A stretch of DNA of 64,000 nucleotides from Fimbriimonadales bacterium (GTDB taxonomy: Bacteria > Armatimonadota > Fimbriimonadia > Fimbriimonadales > JABRVX01), in the NCBI GenBank assembly GCA_045862955.1, contig BTVI01000008.1:1-64000 (forward strand). The letters are read 5' to 3'. Below are positions 46,744-56,503 of this stretch, one piece after another. A program made the position numbers and the translations under genes. A model generated the notes under the pieces. The model did no database searches, was not told the origin of the DNA, and saw only the letters and a program-made list of their open reading frames with translations. Positions within the stretch are counted from its first letter, which is position 1; every line of letters begins with the position of its first letter.

Positions 46744-49641
46744 TTAGATTTTCTTGCGGAAGCGAAAGGCCACTGGCGGTTCTTCGTCAATCGGCTCAAC
46801 GGGTGGTGTCGGCACCGGCTCACGCTTCGTCGGCCGCCGGCGTCGCACCTGCTTCGAGGCCTCGTTCCGCTCGCTGCCGCCAGGATGAGAAGTCGGAGTC
46901 AGTCCCTCGGCTGGGGTTGCGACAGGGGATGGCTTCTCCGTGTCGAGCAGAGGAACCGGTTTGGCAAACGTGCTTCGTCTCGAAGGGCGCGGCCCCGGAG
47001 CGGGTTCCTGTGGGGGCGGAGCAGGCGCCGCAGGCATCGGCAGGCGGCTTAGCGTGTCCAGATTTTCGGCCGAGCCTATCAGCAAGATTCGTGTCTCGCC
47101 GTCGCGCAGGTCCGCCGAGGGGTCCTGGAGTGGCTCACCCGTGAGAGCGTCCCGCACTTCGAGGCCATCGGGCACCGCTATCTCGCGCCTGCCTCCCTTG
47201 GTCGCATGCAGCGTCAGAAAGGGAGGTCGGACATGCACCACATCGCCTGCCGACGAGTAGATCGGAACGCCTGCCAGCCGGCACAGGCCCCTGACCAGCC
47301 CGGGAGAGATGAACGGCTCGCCGATAAAGACGGTGCGCCAAGCCGCTTCGCCGCGGCCGGGCAAGCGAACCTCGCGCGTTACGAACGAGGGCAGCCCCGT
47401 GTCCGTGTAAACACCCAGCGGCTGGGCCTCATCATCCACTGCGAAATAAGTCGGCTCGTAGACTTCTTCCGTAGCTATCGCCGACTCCTCGAGTGCCGAG
47501 GTGAGCGGGTGCTGGTGTTGCGTGATGGTCGTACCGGGACGTGACGCGAACGGCTGGGCCTTGAGCGCTATGCCGATGACCTGTTTCATGGTCTCTGGTG
47601 CCGGACGGTGGTACTCGAGCAGGGCGGCCGCATACCACCACACCAGAGTCTTGCCGTTGCGATGCAACTTCTCGCGAATCGCCGCACGGACTTGAGCGCC
47701 GATATCCCACGCGTTCAAGAACAGATACAAACTGCAGTCCGGGAAGTCTCTTCGAGTAAGGTCGGACAGCAGATAGAAGCCGGCGCACACACCCGCACGC
47801 AGAACTGCCTCCCTCGCCTTGGAGACCAGGTTGACAGCGAGGCGCGAGTCCTGAAGCATCGTCATGCTGCGCTCGTCAATCAGTACCGCGACATCGGGTG
47901 GAGGTGGTTCTGCGTTCAGGCGCATCGTGAAGAGTGAGCGGACCTTCTCGGCACGACTCCAGATGCCCGGGCTGTTCAGCCAACCGCTGCCCCAGGTATC
48001 CATCCACGACACGCCGGCGGTGTGGGCTAGTGCCATACCCAAGCCACGCCAGTGAGCGCTCTCGAGGTCCTTCGGGCTCTCCAGCACCGGGTTGAAGTCA
48101 TCCCTCTCGCCTTTTCGCCCGAGGCTCGTCTTGTAGTCCTCCTCCAGAACAAACAACTTGCCGGCGAGCGCGATGGAGTCGATTGGCCCTGCGAAGGGAC
48201 AAGCGCCGCCGGGCAGCCTCGACGTGTAGGAAGGCGGCCCGGCAATAAGGTCTATGTCTGGGCACTTCAGCAGCCGGGCCAGCGACAAATGGCCCGAGTG
48301 CGGGTGTGAGAACTCGAAGGTGTAGCCATAGGAGCACGCAACCAACACGGAGCCTTTCGCAGCTTCCTTGATGGCTCGCGCCAGAGCCCCGATCCGTTCG
48401 ACGTAGGCGTCCGAGAGAAAGTCGTGGTAATCCACATTGCGGCGCTCGCGACGCTCCGTGAGTATGGTGGCCTGAAGCCCCCGAGGCTCCAACGGCTCGG
48501 GGATCTTGAGCGTGTCGAACGATGCCGAGCCGTCGTGCCAGGACGCGCGCAACGCCACCTCGTCCCCAAAGTAACGGGCTCGAACCCATTCTCGGAAGGC
48601 CGCGAGCGCAGCAGGGCTCGTGTCGTAGCCGTCGTCTGGGCCGTTGAACCACTCGCCGCGCTCGATGTGGTAGCCGATGCAGCGCTTTCCGGACTTGCGC
48701 CGGGCGACATCGGTCACGAGCTTCTTTAGGCACTTTTCGGCTTCCCCCCACCAACTAACCGAGCAGATCGAGGGGTCGGCCTGGGAGCCGTCGGGGTGTC
48801 GGTACGCAGCATCCGGGTACTTTTCGACCCAGCCCTCCGTCGGCACGAACACCACGCGAAACATCACCCACGCGTCCGGGTCCACGGCAAGCACGCTTTC
48901 GAGCAGACGGGCGGCTTCCTCCGCAGGCGGCTCGTCGGGTTGGGGATCCACGGGCAGCTCCAGGTAGAGGCAGAAGAGATGAACACCCTTCTCTGCCGCG
49001 AGTTTCACCTCGGCTAGCACGGCTTTCTCCGACGCCTCGGAGCTGATGTTGCCGAAGAAGAAGTGCGGTGCGACCACCTGCTCCTCGATGATGAGTGCGG
49101 GCTGACCGTTGACGATGCCTACTCGTGGCGCACCGGTCGGTGTTGGGATCGGACGGGGCCACCGTTCCTTGGTGCGACGGGAGCGTGCACGCTTGCCTTG
49201 CGTCTCTATCTGGGCCTGCAGCTCTTCGAGGGTGATCCTCGGACCGATGTCCTCAGGCGGGGCCTCTACTTCGACATGCTCGCGGTCCGGACGTCGCTTT
49301 CGCGGCTCGCGCTTCGCAGCCGGCGGGCTTTCGGCAGGAGACCGCCTCTTGCGTTTTGGCTTCTGTTCCGAGGCGCGCGGGCTAGAGGGCGGAGCCTCGA
49401 CGACTCCCGGGATCTCGGGGGCATCGTCGGGCACCGTGACCCGGCGCCTTCTCGTGCCGGTTCCCGTTGCAGCAGCTGCGCCTTCGGTCGTTGGCTGCTC
49501 AGGCGCTAGCTGTACCACGGCTTTCGCCGTACGCCGCCGCCTCTTCGGCGCCCCCGAAGGTTGAACAATGGAAGCGTCGCCTTCACCCCGCACCTGGGGC
49601 GAAGCTTCGGGTACGGGGTCCGTCTTTTTCGTTCTTCGCAT
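46744..49641 (-). CDS. Beta-galactosidase-like (clan GH-A type) protein with Pro/Arg-rich disordered termini
   Basis: GEWF, AFREWVRARY..LRASW, YGYTFE, GHLSL, DLIAGP.SY, VLEED; no signal peptide. Confidence 0.75.
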   Translation of the reverse strand: MRRTKKTDPVPEASPQVRGEGDASIVQPSGAPKRRRRTAKAVVQLAPEQPTTEGAAAATGTGTRRRRVTVPDDAPEIPGVVEAPPSSPRASEQKPKRKRRSPAESPPAAKREPRKRRPDREHVEVEAPPEDIGPRITLEELQAQIETQGKRARSRRTKERWPRPIPTPTGAPRVGIVNGQPALIIEEQVVAPHFFFGNISSEASEKAVLAEVKLAAEKGVHLFCLYLELPVDPQPDEPPAEEAARLLESVLAVDPDAWVMFRVVFVPTEGWVEKYPDAAYRHPDGSQADPSICSVSWWGEAEKCLKKLVTDVARRKSGKRCIGYHIERGEWFNGPDDGYDTSPAALAAFREWVRARYFGDEVALRASWHDGSASFDTLKIPEPLEPRGLQATILTERRERRNVDYHDFLSDAYVERIGALARAIKEAAKGSVLVACSYGYTFEFSHPHSGHLSLARLLKCPDIDLIAGPPSYTSRLPGGACPFAGPIDSIALAGKLFVLEEDYKTSLGRKGERDDFNPVLESPKDLESAHWRGLGMALAHTAGVSWMDTWGSGWLNSPGIWSRAEKVRSLFTMRLNAEPPPPDVAVLIDERSMTMLQDSRLAVNLVSKAREAVLRAGVCAGFYLLSDLTRRDFPDCSLYLFLNAWDIGAQVRAAIREKLHRNGKTLVWWYAAALLEYHRPAPETMKQVIGIALKAQPFASRPGTTITQHQHPLTSALEESAIATEEVYEPTYFAVDDEAQPLGVYTDTGLPSFVTREVRLPGRGEAAWRTVFIGEPFISPGLVRGLCRLAGVPIYSSAGDVVHVRPPFLTLHATKGGRREIAVPDGLEVRDALTGEPLQDPSADLRDGETRILLIGSAENLDTLSRLPMPAAPAPPPQEPAPGPRPSRRSTFAKPVPLLDTEKPSPVATPAEGLTPTSHPGGSERNEASKQVRRRRPTKREPVPTPPVEPIDEEPPVAFRFRKKI

Positions 49642-49655
49642 CTGACAAATCCTAT

Positions 49656-50336
49656 CTACAGGTCTCGGCACCAGGCAAGCAAGTCCCTGGGCTCGCCAAA
49701 CAGCATGTCTGGCCCAGCTTGCCTCAGTCGCTGCTCGCTTTGCGCACCCCAGAGCACCGCTCCCACCGAACACCCTGCCGCGTGGCCAGATTGAATGTCG
49801 TAGTCGGTGTCCCCGATGAAGATGGCCGCGCTGGCTTCGACTCCCAGCTTCTCCAGCGCCCTCACTACCGGCTCTGGATGAGGTTTCGTGCGCACGCAGT
49901 CCGTTGCCGTGACGGTAGCGTGAAGCGCTCCGTCCAGTCCCATGCGCGGCAGAGCGAATGCCAGCTCCTCGGCGTCCTTGCTCGTGACCAGGGCCGTGGA
50001 GATGCCCTTGGCTGCACAGACACGGACCGACTCGAGGGCCTCCGGCACCGGGTGCTCCAGGTGCTTGTGCTGCTCGTACAGCTCGATCTGAAATCGCTTC
50101 ATCTCTTCGTAGTCAGGGCGCCGATCCGTTCGGTCTTCGAAGCAGCGCACCTGAACATCGAGGGGCAGGCCGATGATGCTGCGGATGTCTTCTGGCGGGA
50201 TTTCGACACCGATGTACCGACGGTACATCTCACTCATCGTCTGGATGATCATGGAAACGGTGTCGATGAGGGTCCCGTCTACGTCGAATAGAACGGCCTT
50301 TGGCGGCAGCACGAGTTGCCGGCCCCGGTGTGACAT
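49656..50336 (-). CDS. HAD-family phosphatase (PpaX/Gph-like)
   Basis: LFDVDGTLID, VTSK, KPHPEP, IGDTDYDI. Confidence 0.9.
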   Translation of the reverse strand: MSHRGRQLVLPPKAVLFDVDGTLIDTVSMIIQTMSEMYRRYIGVEIPPEDIRSIIGLPLDVQVRCFEDRTDRRPDYEEMKRFQIELYEQHKHLEHPVPEALESVRVCAAKGISTALVTSKDAEELAFALPRMGLDGALHATVTATDCVRTKPHPEPVVRALEKLGVEASAAIFIGDTDYDIQSGHAAGCSVGAVLWGAQSEQRLRQAGPDMLFGEPRDLLAWCRDL

Positions 50337-50405
50337 GGATACCGATTCTGGCAGAAGCCGCCCCTGGAATGCTACCCGCTGCCGCGAGGTGGCCCGATAG
50401 CCCGT

Positions 50406-51410
50406 TCAGATGGAGCCCAAGACGTCGAAGAGGTGAGGTTCTATCAGAGCTCGCAGATCATCGTTCGCATAGCCCACCCAGCCGATGGGAGTCGTAGTGT
50501 CGAGGGGGAAGTCCAGTGGCTGTCCATCGAGTCCTGTCACGATCACTCCCGCCTCGCGTGCGATCATCTCGGTACAGAGGTCATAGGGATGCGGGCACAG
50601 CCCACCCCGATTCTCGCGCGCGAAAAGCACCGAGCGAATGTCGGCCACGAACAGGTCGTGCCCCACCATCAGCTCGAACAGCTGGCCGCCGCTGGAGACG
50701 TATTGGTCGTCGAACACGCAGTCCGTGGCGCCCGTGGGCAAGACGCGCTGGAACAGCTCCCACTCCAGTTGGGCAATCCTGGCCTTTCCTTCTGGAAAGA
50801 ACTTGGAGAAACCCGCAAAGCCGTTCTGCAACCTGGTCGCTCGACTCGGCCGCGGCTCGAAGCGGGAGACTCTCCCTGAGCGAAGGTCGTGCATCTCCGC
50901 CGTCAATCCGCTGCCTGCTACTCCGGAGACCTGTGCCGCGAGACACTGGCGCGTGGTCGGAATCTCTGTCTGCACGGCAACCCGGATGTCCCGCGATCTG
51001 GGCAGAGCCTCCGACCGCACCGGGGCCACGGCGCACAGAGCCCACGCCGGCCTCTTGTCGAACATTAGGGAGCGCGTACCGTCCACCGGGTCCACGATGA
51101 GTACGAACTCGGCAGAGGCTGCGTGCGCAGAGGACGGAAACACCTCGCGACCTGCGGGCAATCCCTCCGCAATCAGGACAAAGGTCCGCTCTCTGCCCCA
51201 GTCCGTACAGAAGTCTGCCAACACCCTCTCGACTACCTCGTCCAGGCGGTAGATGGTGTCGTCCTCGGACTCGCGAGCGACCATCCGCAGCTTGTCGGCG
51301 TCCTGTCCGGCGAGTGCCGATCGGATCGACTCCCGAATGCGCAGACCTAGCTCACGCAGTTTCTCGGTGTAGTACCCATCGCTCCAGTCTCGCACGAACA
51401 CCAGGTTCAT
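50406..51410 (-). CDS. Inositol monophosphatase-family protein
   Basis: LIAEG, IVDPVDGT, PYDL...AREAG. Confidence 0.8.
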   Translation of the reverse strand: MNLVFVRDWSDGYYTEKLRELGLRIRESIRSALAGQDADKLRMVARESEDDTIYRLDEVVERVLADFCTDWGRERTFVLIAEGLPAGREVFPSSAHAASAEFVLIVDPVDGTRSLMFDKRPAWALCAVAPVRSEALPRSRDIRVAVQTEIPTTRQCLAAQVSGVAGSGLTAEMHDLRSGRVSRFEPRPSRATRLQNGFAGFSKFFPEGKARIAQLEWELFQRVLPTGATDCVFDDQYVSSGGQLFELMVGHDLFVADIRSVLFARENRGGLCPHPYDLCTEMIAREAGVIVTGLDGQPLDFPLDTTTPIGWVGYANDDLRALIEPHLFDVLGSI

Positions 51411-51476
51411 GCGATTGGCCTACGGTCCTGCAGGCACAAGCAGGAAACGGGACGGATGTAGCGAACGCACCCGCGG

Positions 51477-52382
51477 ATGATCCGGCTACTCGCCCGACTG
51501 GACAGGCTGGACCGCCGCTGGCTGTACCTCACGCTGGTGGTTGCGGTCGCCTTTCCGCTATTCGTGGACGTGAAGCTCCCGAGTCGAATGGGCCACGAGG
51601 CACGGGGGCTCTACGATGCCATCGAGCGGCTCGACTCCAAGAGCATCGTTCTTGTCCACAGCGATTGGGATGCGGGCACGCTCGGCGAGCTGAAGGGTCA
51701 GTTCACAGCCATCATTGCCCATCTCTTTCGGAACAACATCAAGTTCGCGGTGATTTCGGCCATCCCGCAAGGTCCGGCCTTTTCGGACGAGGTGGTGGAC
51801 CGCCTCGCCGCCAAGTACGGCAAGAAATACCTCGAGGACTGGGTCCAGCTCGGCTATCGCATCCCGACCAGCAACATCTCGCAGGGCATCCAGTCCCTCT
51901 CGAAGGACTTCCGGGGCACCGCACCGACCGAGATACGCGAGAACAGGGACATACGGACGATCCCCTGGATGGCGAAGGTGAGCAACTGCGGGGATTTCGA
52001 CCTGCTCGTCAGCGTCTCTTACGCGCCTTATCTGGAGTACATCCAGTTCGGGTATGAGGTGTACGGCACGCCTTACGTGGCCGGCGTGTGCAGCATCAGC
52101 ACGACGAACATGTACCCGCTGATGGACGCCGGACAGCTGAAGGGCATGCTGGTCGGCGCGCGAGGTGGCGCGGAATACGAGGGCATCATGGGACTGCCCG
52201 AATACGACGCGCAAATGAAAGCTGCCGAAAGGGAGCGAAAGACCCGCTGGAGCGACCTTTCTTACGCAACCAAAGTCATCAAGTCGCAGAGTTGGGCGCA
52301 TCTGCTGCTAATTCTGGGAGCGATCGCCGGCAACATCGGCGCGTGGGCGCGAATGAAGGAAGAGGGTAAGAAGGGCAAGTGA
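51477..52382 (+). CDS. Hypothetical membrane-anchored protein
   Basis: N- and C-terminal TM helices around a soluble domain; GMLVGARGGAEYE. Confidence 0.85.
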   Translation: MIRLLARLDRLDRRWLYLTLVVAVAFPLFVDVKLPSRMGHEARGLYDAIERLDSKSIVLVHSDWDAGTLGELKGQFTAIIAHLFRNNIKFAVISAIPQGPAFSDEVVDRLAAKYGKKYLEDWVQLGYRIPTSNISQGIQSLSKDFRGTAPTEIRENRDIRTIPWMAKVSNCGDFDLLVSVSYAPYLEYIQFGYEVYGTPYVAGVCSISTTNMYPLMDAGQLKGMLVGARGGAEYEGIMGLPEYDAQMKAAERERKTRWSDLSYATKVIKSQSWAHLLLILGAIAGNIGAWARMKEEGKKGK

Positions 52383-53248
52383 CACCGCGCCGACGGCTGG
52401 CTCTGGTGATTTGGGGCGTGGTGGTAGTGGTGCTGCTCGCCCTGGGGATTCCGCGCTGGGTCGCGTACGGCTACGCCGAGATTGGCGTTTGGGTAGCGGC
52501 CCTGAGCACCCTGGCCATCTTCAGCTTCCTGTACCAAGAGAACGCAGCATACCGGCTGGCCGAACACCTGATGCTCGGGACCTCCATCGGTTTCGCCATC
52601 GGTGCAACCATCACGGACATCCTCCGCCCGAACTGGTGGGTGCCGATGGTGCAGGGGTTCGAGACCCTGCTCAGGAGCCCGGGAGGCAGCGCCGAGTTCT
52701 GGGGCGCCGCAGGAGCCATTTTCTTCGGCGTCTCCGCAGGCGTGATCGGCCTCCTGTGGTACGGCCTGTTTCATCCGAAGACTCTATGGCTTTCCCGATT
52801 GGTGATGGGCATCGTGATGGGAGGCGGCGCCGGCCTAGCCATCAAGCAGCAGTTCGTGTTGAACGTGCCTCAGGTTACTGCATCGTTCAAGTCGCCTATC
52901 GTGCTGAACGACGTCGGCGGGCTCGATGCTGCGGCCAGCATCAACAACACCATCTTCCTGGTGGCGCTGCTGCTCACCATCAACTTCTTCTTCTTCAGCT
53001 TCGACCACAGCCGGCGGGTGGCGGAGTGGGCTCAGGGGCTGCTGGACCGGTTCCCCGTAGGTCTACGGTGGGTACCGGCGCTGGTATTTATGCTGTTCTC
53101 GGGTCGGTTCTGGCTCATGCTCGCCTTCGGGGTGTTCTTCGGCAACACAGTGATGACCCGACTCTCCGTATTCATTGAGAGGGTCTGGTATCTGGTAGAC
53201 ACATGGGCTCGCCCTTTGTTCTCGGGCGTACCGCCCGTAGGACAGTAG
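52379..53248 (+). CDS. Hypothetical polytopic membrane protein
   Basis: About 7 hydrophobic helices; TLAIFSFLYQENAAYRLAEH; GTGA overlap. Confidence 0.85.
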   Translation: MTPRRRLALVIWGVVVVVLLALGIPRWVAYGYAEIGVWVAALSTLAIFSFLYQENAAYRLAEHLMLGTSIGFAIGATITDILRPNWWVPMVQGFETLLRSPGGSAEFWGAAGAIFFGVSAGVIGLLWYGLFHPKTLWLSRLVMGIVMGGGAGLAIKQQFVLNVPQVTASFKSPIVLNDVGGLDAAASINNTIFLVALLLTINFFFFSFDHSRRVAEWAQGLLDRFPVGLRWVPALVFMLFSGRFWLMLAFGVFFGNTVMTRLSVFIERVWYLVDTWARPLFSGVPPVGQ

Positions 53249-53318
53249 GGCCTGCTTCCTTCCAGGTGCCCGACTCGCCGATAAGGTAATATCCTGGCAC
53301 GAGGCACCCACATTCCCC

Positions 53319-56300
53319 ATGCTAAACGAACTTTTCCGACGCTGGTTTGACACGAGTGACAAAGAGATCAAGGCGACCGAGCCCATTGTCGCCGCCGTGA
53401 ACGCGCTCGAGCCCGAGATGCAGGCGCTGAGCATGGCTCGCCTTCGGGAGAAGTCGGACGAGTTTCGGAAGAGGCTCCAGGACGGTGAGACCACGGACGA
53501 CCTGCTGGTCGAGGCCTTCGCCGTCTGTCGCGAGGCAGCGCGCCGGACCCTGAACATGAGGCACTTCGACGTGCAGCTGATGGGCGGTGTGGTGCTGTAC
53601 AAGGGGATGATCGCCGAAATGAAAACCGGCGAAGGCAAGACCCTCGTCGCCACGCTTCCCCTGTACCTCATCGGCCTCGAAGGGCGGGGCGCCCACCTGG
53701 TCACCGTCAACGACTACCTGGCCCGCCGTGACGCAATCTGGATGGGGGCGATCTATCACGCCCTAGGCCTCAGCGTGGGCGTCATCCAGGGCCAGAGTGC
53801 CGAGTCGGATGAGCTAGGCGGCTCGTACCGATATGTGCCCGGCTACGAGGCCGCAGACCCCCGATACAACAACTTAGAGCCGTGCACTCGGCGAGAGGCG
53901 TACGAGTGCGACATCACCTACGGTACTAACCACGAGTTCGGCTTCGACTACCTCCGCGACAACATGGCGTTCGACAAGTCGCAGCTCAATCAGCGCGAGC
54001 TGCACTACGCCATCGTAGATGAGGTTGACAGTATTCTGATTGACGAGGCTCGTACACCTCACATCATCTCCGGCGTGGCCTCCGAGGATGTATCGGTCTA
54101 CGGGAAGATCGACAGCGTGGTCAGGCGTCTCGTCAAGGACCAGCACTTTACAGTTGATGAAAAGTCGCACCAGGTCTCGCTGAACGACTCCGGTTACGAG
54201 CGCATCCAAGAGCTGTTAGGTATCTCTAATCTGGCCGAGCACCCCGAGATGATGCATTACGTGAACGCCGGGCTCAAGGCACACCACCTCTTCCACCGAG
54301 ACGTCGAGTACGTGGTTAAGGACGGCGAGGTGGTGATCGTGGACGATACCACCGGCCGACTGATGTTCGGTAGGCGTTTCTCCGATGGGTTACACCAAGC
54401 CATCGAAGCGAAGGAGAAGGTGCCTATCCGACATGAGAGTCAGACCGTCGCCGTTATCACGTTCCAAAACCTGTTCCGCCTATATCACAAGCTGGCAGGC
54501 ATGACAGGTACTGCGAAGACGGAGGAAGACGAGTTCCGTAAGATCTACGGCCTCGAAGTGGTAGTGGTACCCACCTACAAGAAGATGATTCGGGTGGATC
54601 ATCCTGACGTCGTATATAAGACGGAGGAACAGAAGTTCCGCGGGATCGCCCGTGAGATACTGCGCCTCTACGTCAAGCAGCAACCGGTGCTGGTAGGTAC
54701 CCGCTCGATCGAGATGTCCGAGAAGGTCTCCGGTAGGCTCACCGCTGACAAGCTACAAACTCTGATCCTGATTGACCGCATCCGCGACAAGCTTCAGGGA
54801 GACAAGTCGATCTCCAAACAAGACCGCAATGAGATACTCGAGGTCATCAACCGTCCGCTGGAACCGCCGACGGACAACTCGCAGCTTCCAGGCCAGCAAG
54901 TAAAGAAGACTCCTCGGGAGCTGCTGAAGCGATCCGACCTGCATGACATCCTTCGACGGTTCGGCATCGCCACGGACCCACTCGCCCCCGAACACGGTGA
55001 GTGGTTCGTCAAGCAGCACGGGCTACCGCAGGAGAACATCGAGCATTTCGACGAAGCCATCCGCCACGGCATCCCACACAACGTACTGAATGCCAAGTTC
55101 CACGAGAAGGAAGCGCTGATCATCGCCGAGGCGGGCCGCAAGGGCGCTGTCACTATTGCTACCAACATGGCAGGCCGTGGCGTAGACATCCTTCTCGGCG
55201 GAAGTATCGCCAAGCAGGAAGACGCGCAAAGCGTAGAGCAGCAGGCGCAAGAGGCGGATGCCATCGCTGCAGGCACCTTCGTCAGCCACCGGCGCGGGGG
55301 CAAGCAGCGCGCTGCGCCGCCGTTGCCCCTCTCCGAGCAGGAACGCTCTGAGCGGGCGGCGGAGGTAGTGAAGTTAGGCGGTCTCTACATCCTCGGCACC
55401 GAGCGGCACGAGAGCCGACGCATAGACAACCAGCTCCGTGGGCGCTCCGGACGTCAAGGCGACCCCGGTGAGAGCCGCTACTTCGTGTCACTGGAAGACC
55501 GCCTGTGGCAGGTGTTCGGTGCGAACATGCTCGCCAACCCACTGCTAAAGAGTTGGCCCGAGGACGAACCGATCGAGGTCAAGTTCCTCAGTAACACCAT
55601 TCGCAAGATTCAGGAGCGCATCGAGTTCCACTTCTTCGAATACCGAAAGCACGTGCTGGAGTACGACGACGTCATCAACGTGCAGCGCGAGAAAATCTAC
55701 TCGGATAGACGCAAGGTGCTGTTAGGCGCCGATATGCGCGACAAGGTACTGGAAGACCTCGAGACCGAGATTGATATGCGTCTCGATGCCTTCTACGACC
55801 CCGAGACCAATGAGTGGAACTACGACGGCGTGTATCGGAGCATGAACGAGCTCTTCCCGCTGGTTCGGTACGTGCCGCCCGAGGAACTGGAGGGACTGAA
55901 CCGAGAGCAGTTGTACGAGAAGCTGGTAGCTACCATGCACACCGCCTACGAGGATCGCGAGCGAGAGCTGGGACCCGAGACGGTGCGAATGCTGGAGCGC
56001 ATGATCGTGCTCCGCGCCATAAACGACAAGTGGATGGAGCACCTCGCCAACATTGATCAGCTGCGTGAGGGTATCGGCTTGCGCGGCTACGCCCAACAAG
56101 ACCCACTCATCGCGTTCAAGAAGGACTCGCACGAGCTATTCCTAGAGACGCTGGCAAACATCAGTCGCATGGTGGCAACCTGGGCCTTCCATGTTCAGGT
56201 CCAGCGAGAACCGGCGACTCCGCGGCAGATGGTTCGACTGGACGAACGCCCTGCGGGTTCACAGGCGCCCCCGCCCGAAGCGATAGCCGCGCGCCCCACG

Positions 56301-56438
56301 GACGGTCGCCGAGATCGCTTGGGCACACCTCGCCCCTCTGCCCCACCGACGTCGGGTGACAAGGTGGGCCGCAACGACCCTTGTCCCTGTGGCAGCGGGA
56401 AGAAGTACAAGTTCTGCTGCATGCGCAAGACGGTGTAA
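53319..56438 (+). CDS. secA: Preprotein translocase ATPase SecA
   Basis: MKTGEGKT, DEVDSILIDEARTP, ATNMAGRGVDI, RRIDNQLRGRSGRQGDPG, C-terminal GRNDPCPCGSGKKYKFC. Confidence 0.98.
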   Translation: MLNELFRRWFDTSDKEIKATEPIVAAVNALEPEMQALSMARLREKSDEFRKRLQDGETTDDLLVEAFAVCREAARRTLNMRHFDVQLMGGVVLYKGMIAEMKTGEGKTLVATLPLYLIGLEGRGAHLVTVNDYLARRDAIWMGAIYHALGLSVGVIQGQSAESDELGGSYRYVPGYEAADPRYNNLEPCTRREAYECDITYGTNHEFGFDYLRDNMAFDKSQLNQRELHYAIVDEVDSILIDEARTPHIISGVASEDVSVYGKIDSVVRRLVKDQHFTVDEKSHQVSLNDSGYERIQELLGISNLAEHPEMMHYVNAGLKAHHLFHRDVEYVVKDGEVVIVDDTTGRLMFGRRFSDGLHQAIEAKEKVPIRHESQTVAVITFQNLFRLYHKLAGMTGTAKTEEDEFRKIYGLEVVVVPTYKKMIRVDHPDVVYKTEEQKFRGIAREILRLYVKQQPVLVGTRSIEMSEKVSGRLTADKLQTLILIDRIRDKLQGDKSISKQDRNEILEVINRPLEPPTDNSQLPGQQVKKTPRELLKRSDLHDILRRFGIATDPLAPEHGEWFVKQHGLPQENIEHFDEAIRHGIPHNVLNAKFHEKEALIIAEAGRKGAVTIATNMAGRGVDILLGGSIAKQEDAQSVEQQAQEADAIAAGTFVSHRRGGKQRAAPPLPLSEQERSERAAEVVKLGGLYILGTERHESRRIDNQLRGRSGRQGDPGESRYFVSLEDRLWQVFGANMLANPLLKSWPEDEPIEVKFLSNTIRKIQERIEFHFFEYRKHVLEYDDVINVQREKIYSDRRKVLLGADMRDKVLEDLETEIDMRLDAFYDPETNEWNYDGVYRSMNELFPLVRYVPPEELEGLNREQLYEKLVATMHTAYEDRERELGPETVRMLERMIVLRAINDKWMEHLANIDQLREGIGLRGYAQQDPLIAFKKDSHELFLETLANISRMVATWAFHVQVQREPATPRQMVRLDERPAGSQAPPPEAIAARPTDGRRDRLGTPRPSAPPTSGDKVGRNDPCPCGSGKKYKFCCMRKTV

Positions 56439-56503
56439 CGCCCCGTCTGCCAACGCTCCTTTCCCTCAGGATGGGTCAGTGAGAGCGTGCAGCCGTCCAG
56501 GAC

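Noticed and set aside
53278..53285. GCCGATAA sigma28 -10 box before secA
   Set aside because: No TAAA-like -35 at the right spacing.
54733..55067. Intein in SecA
   Set aside because: No C/S start with HN-C/S/T end and no LAGLIDADG motif.
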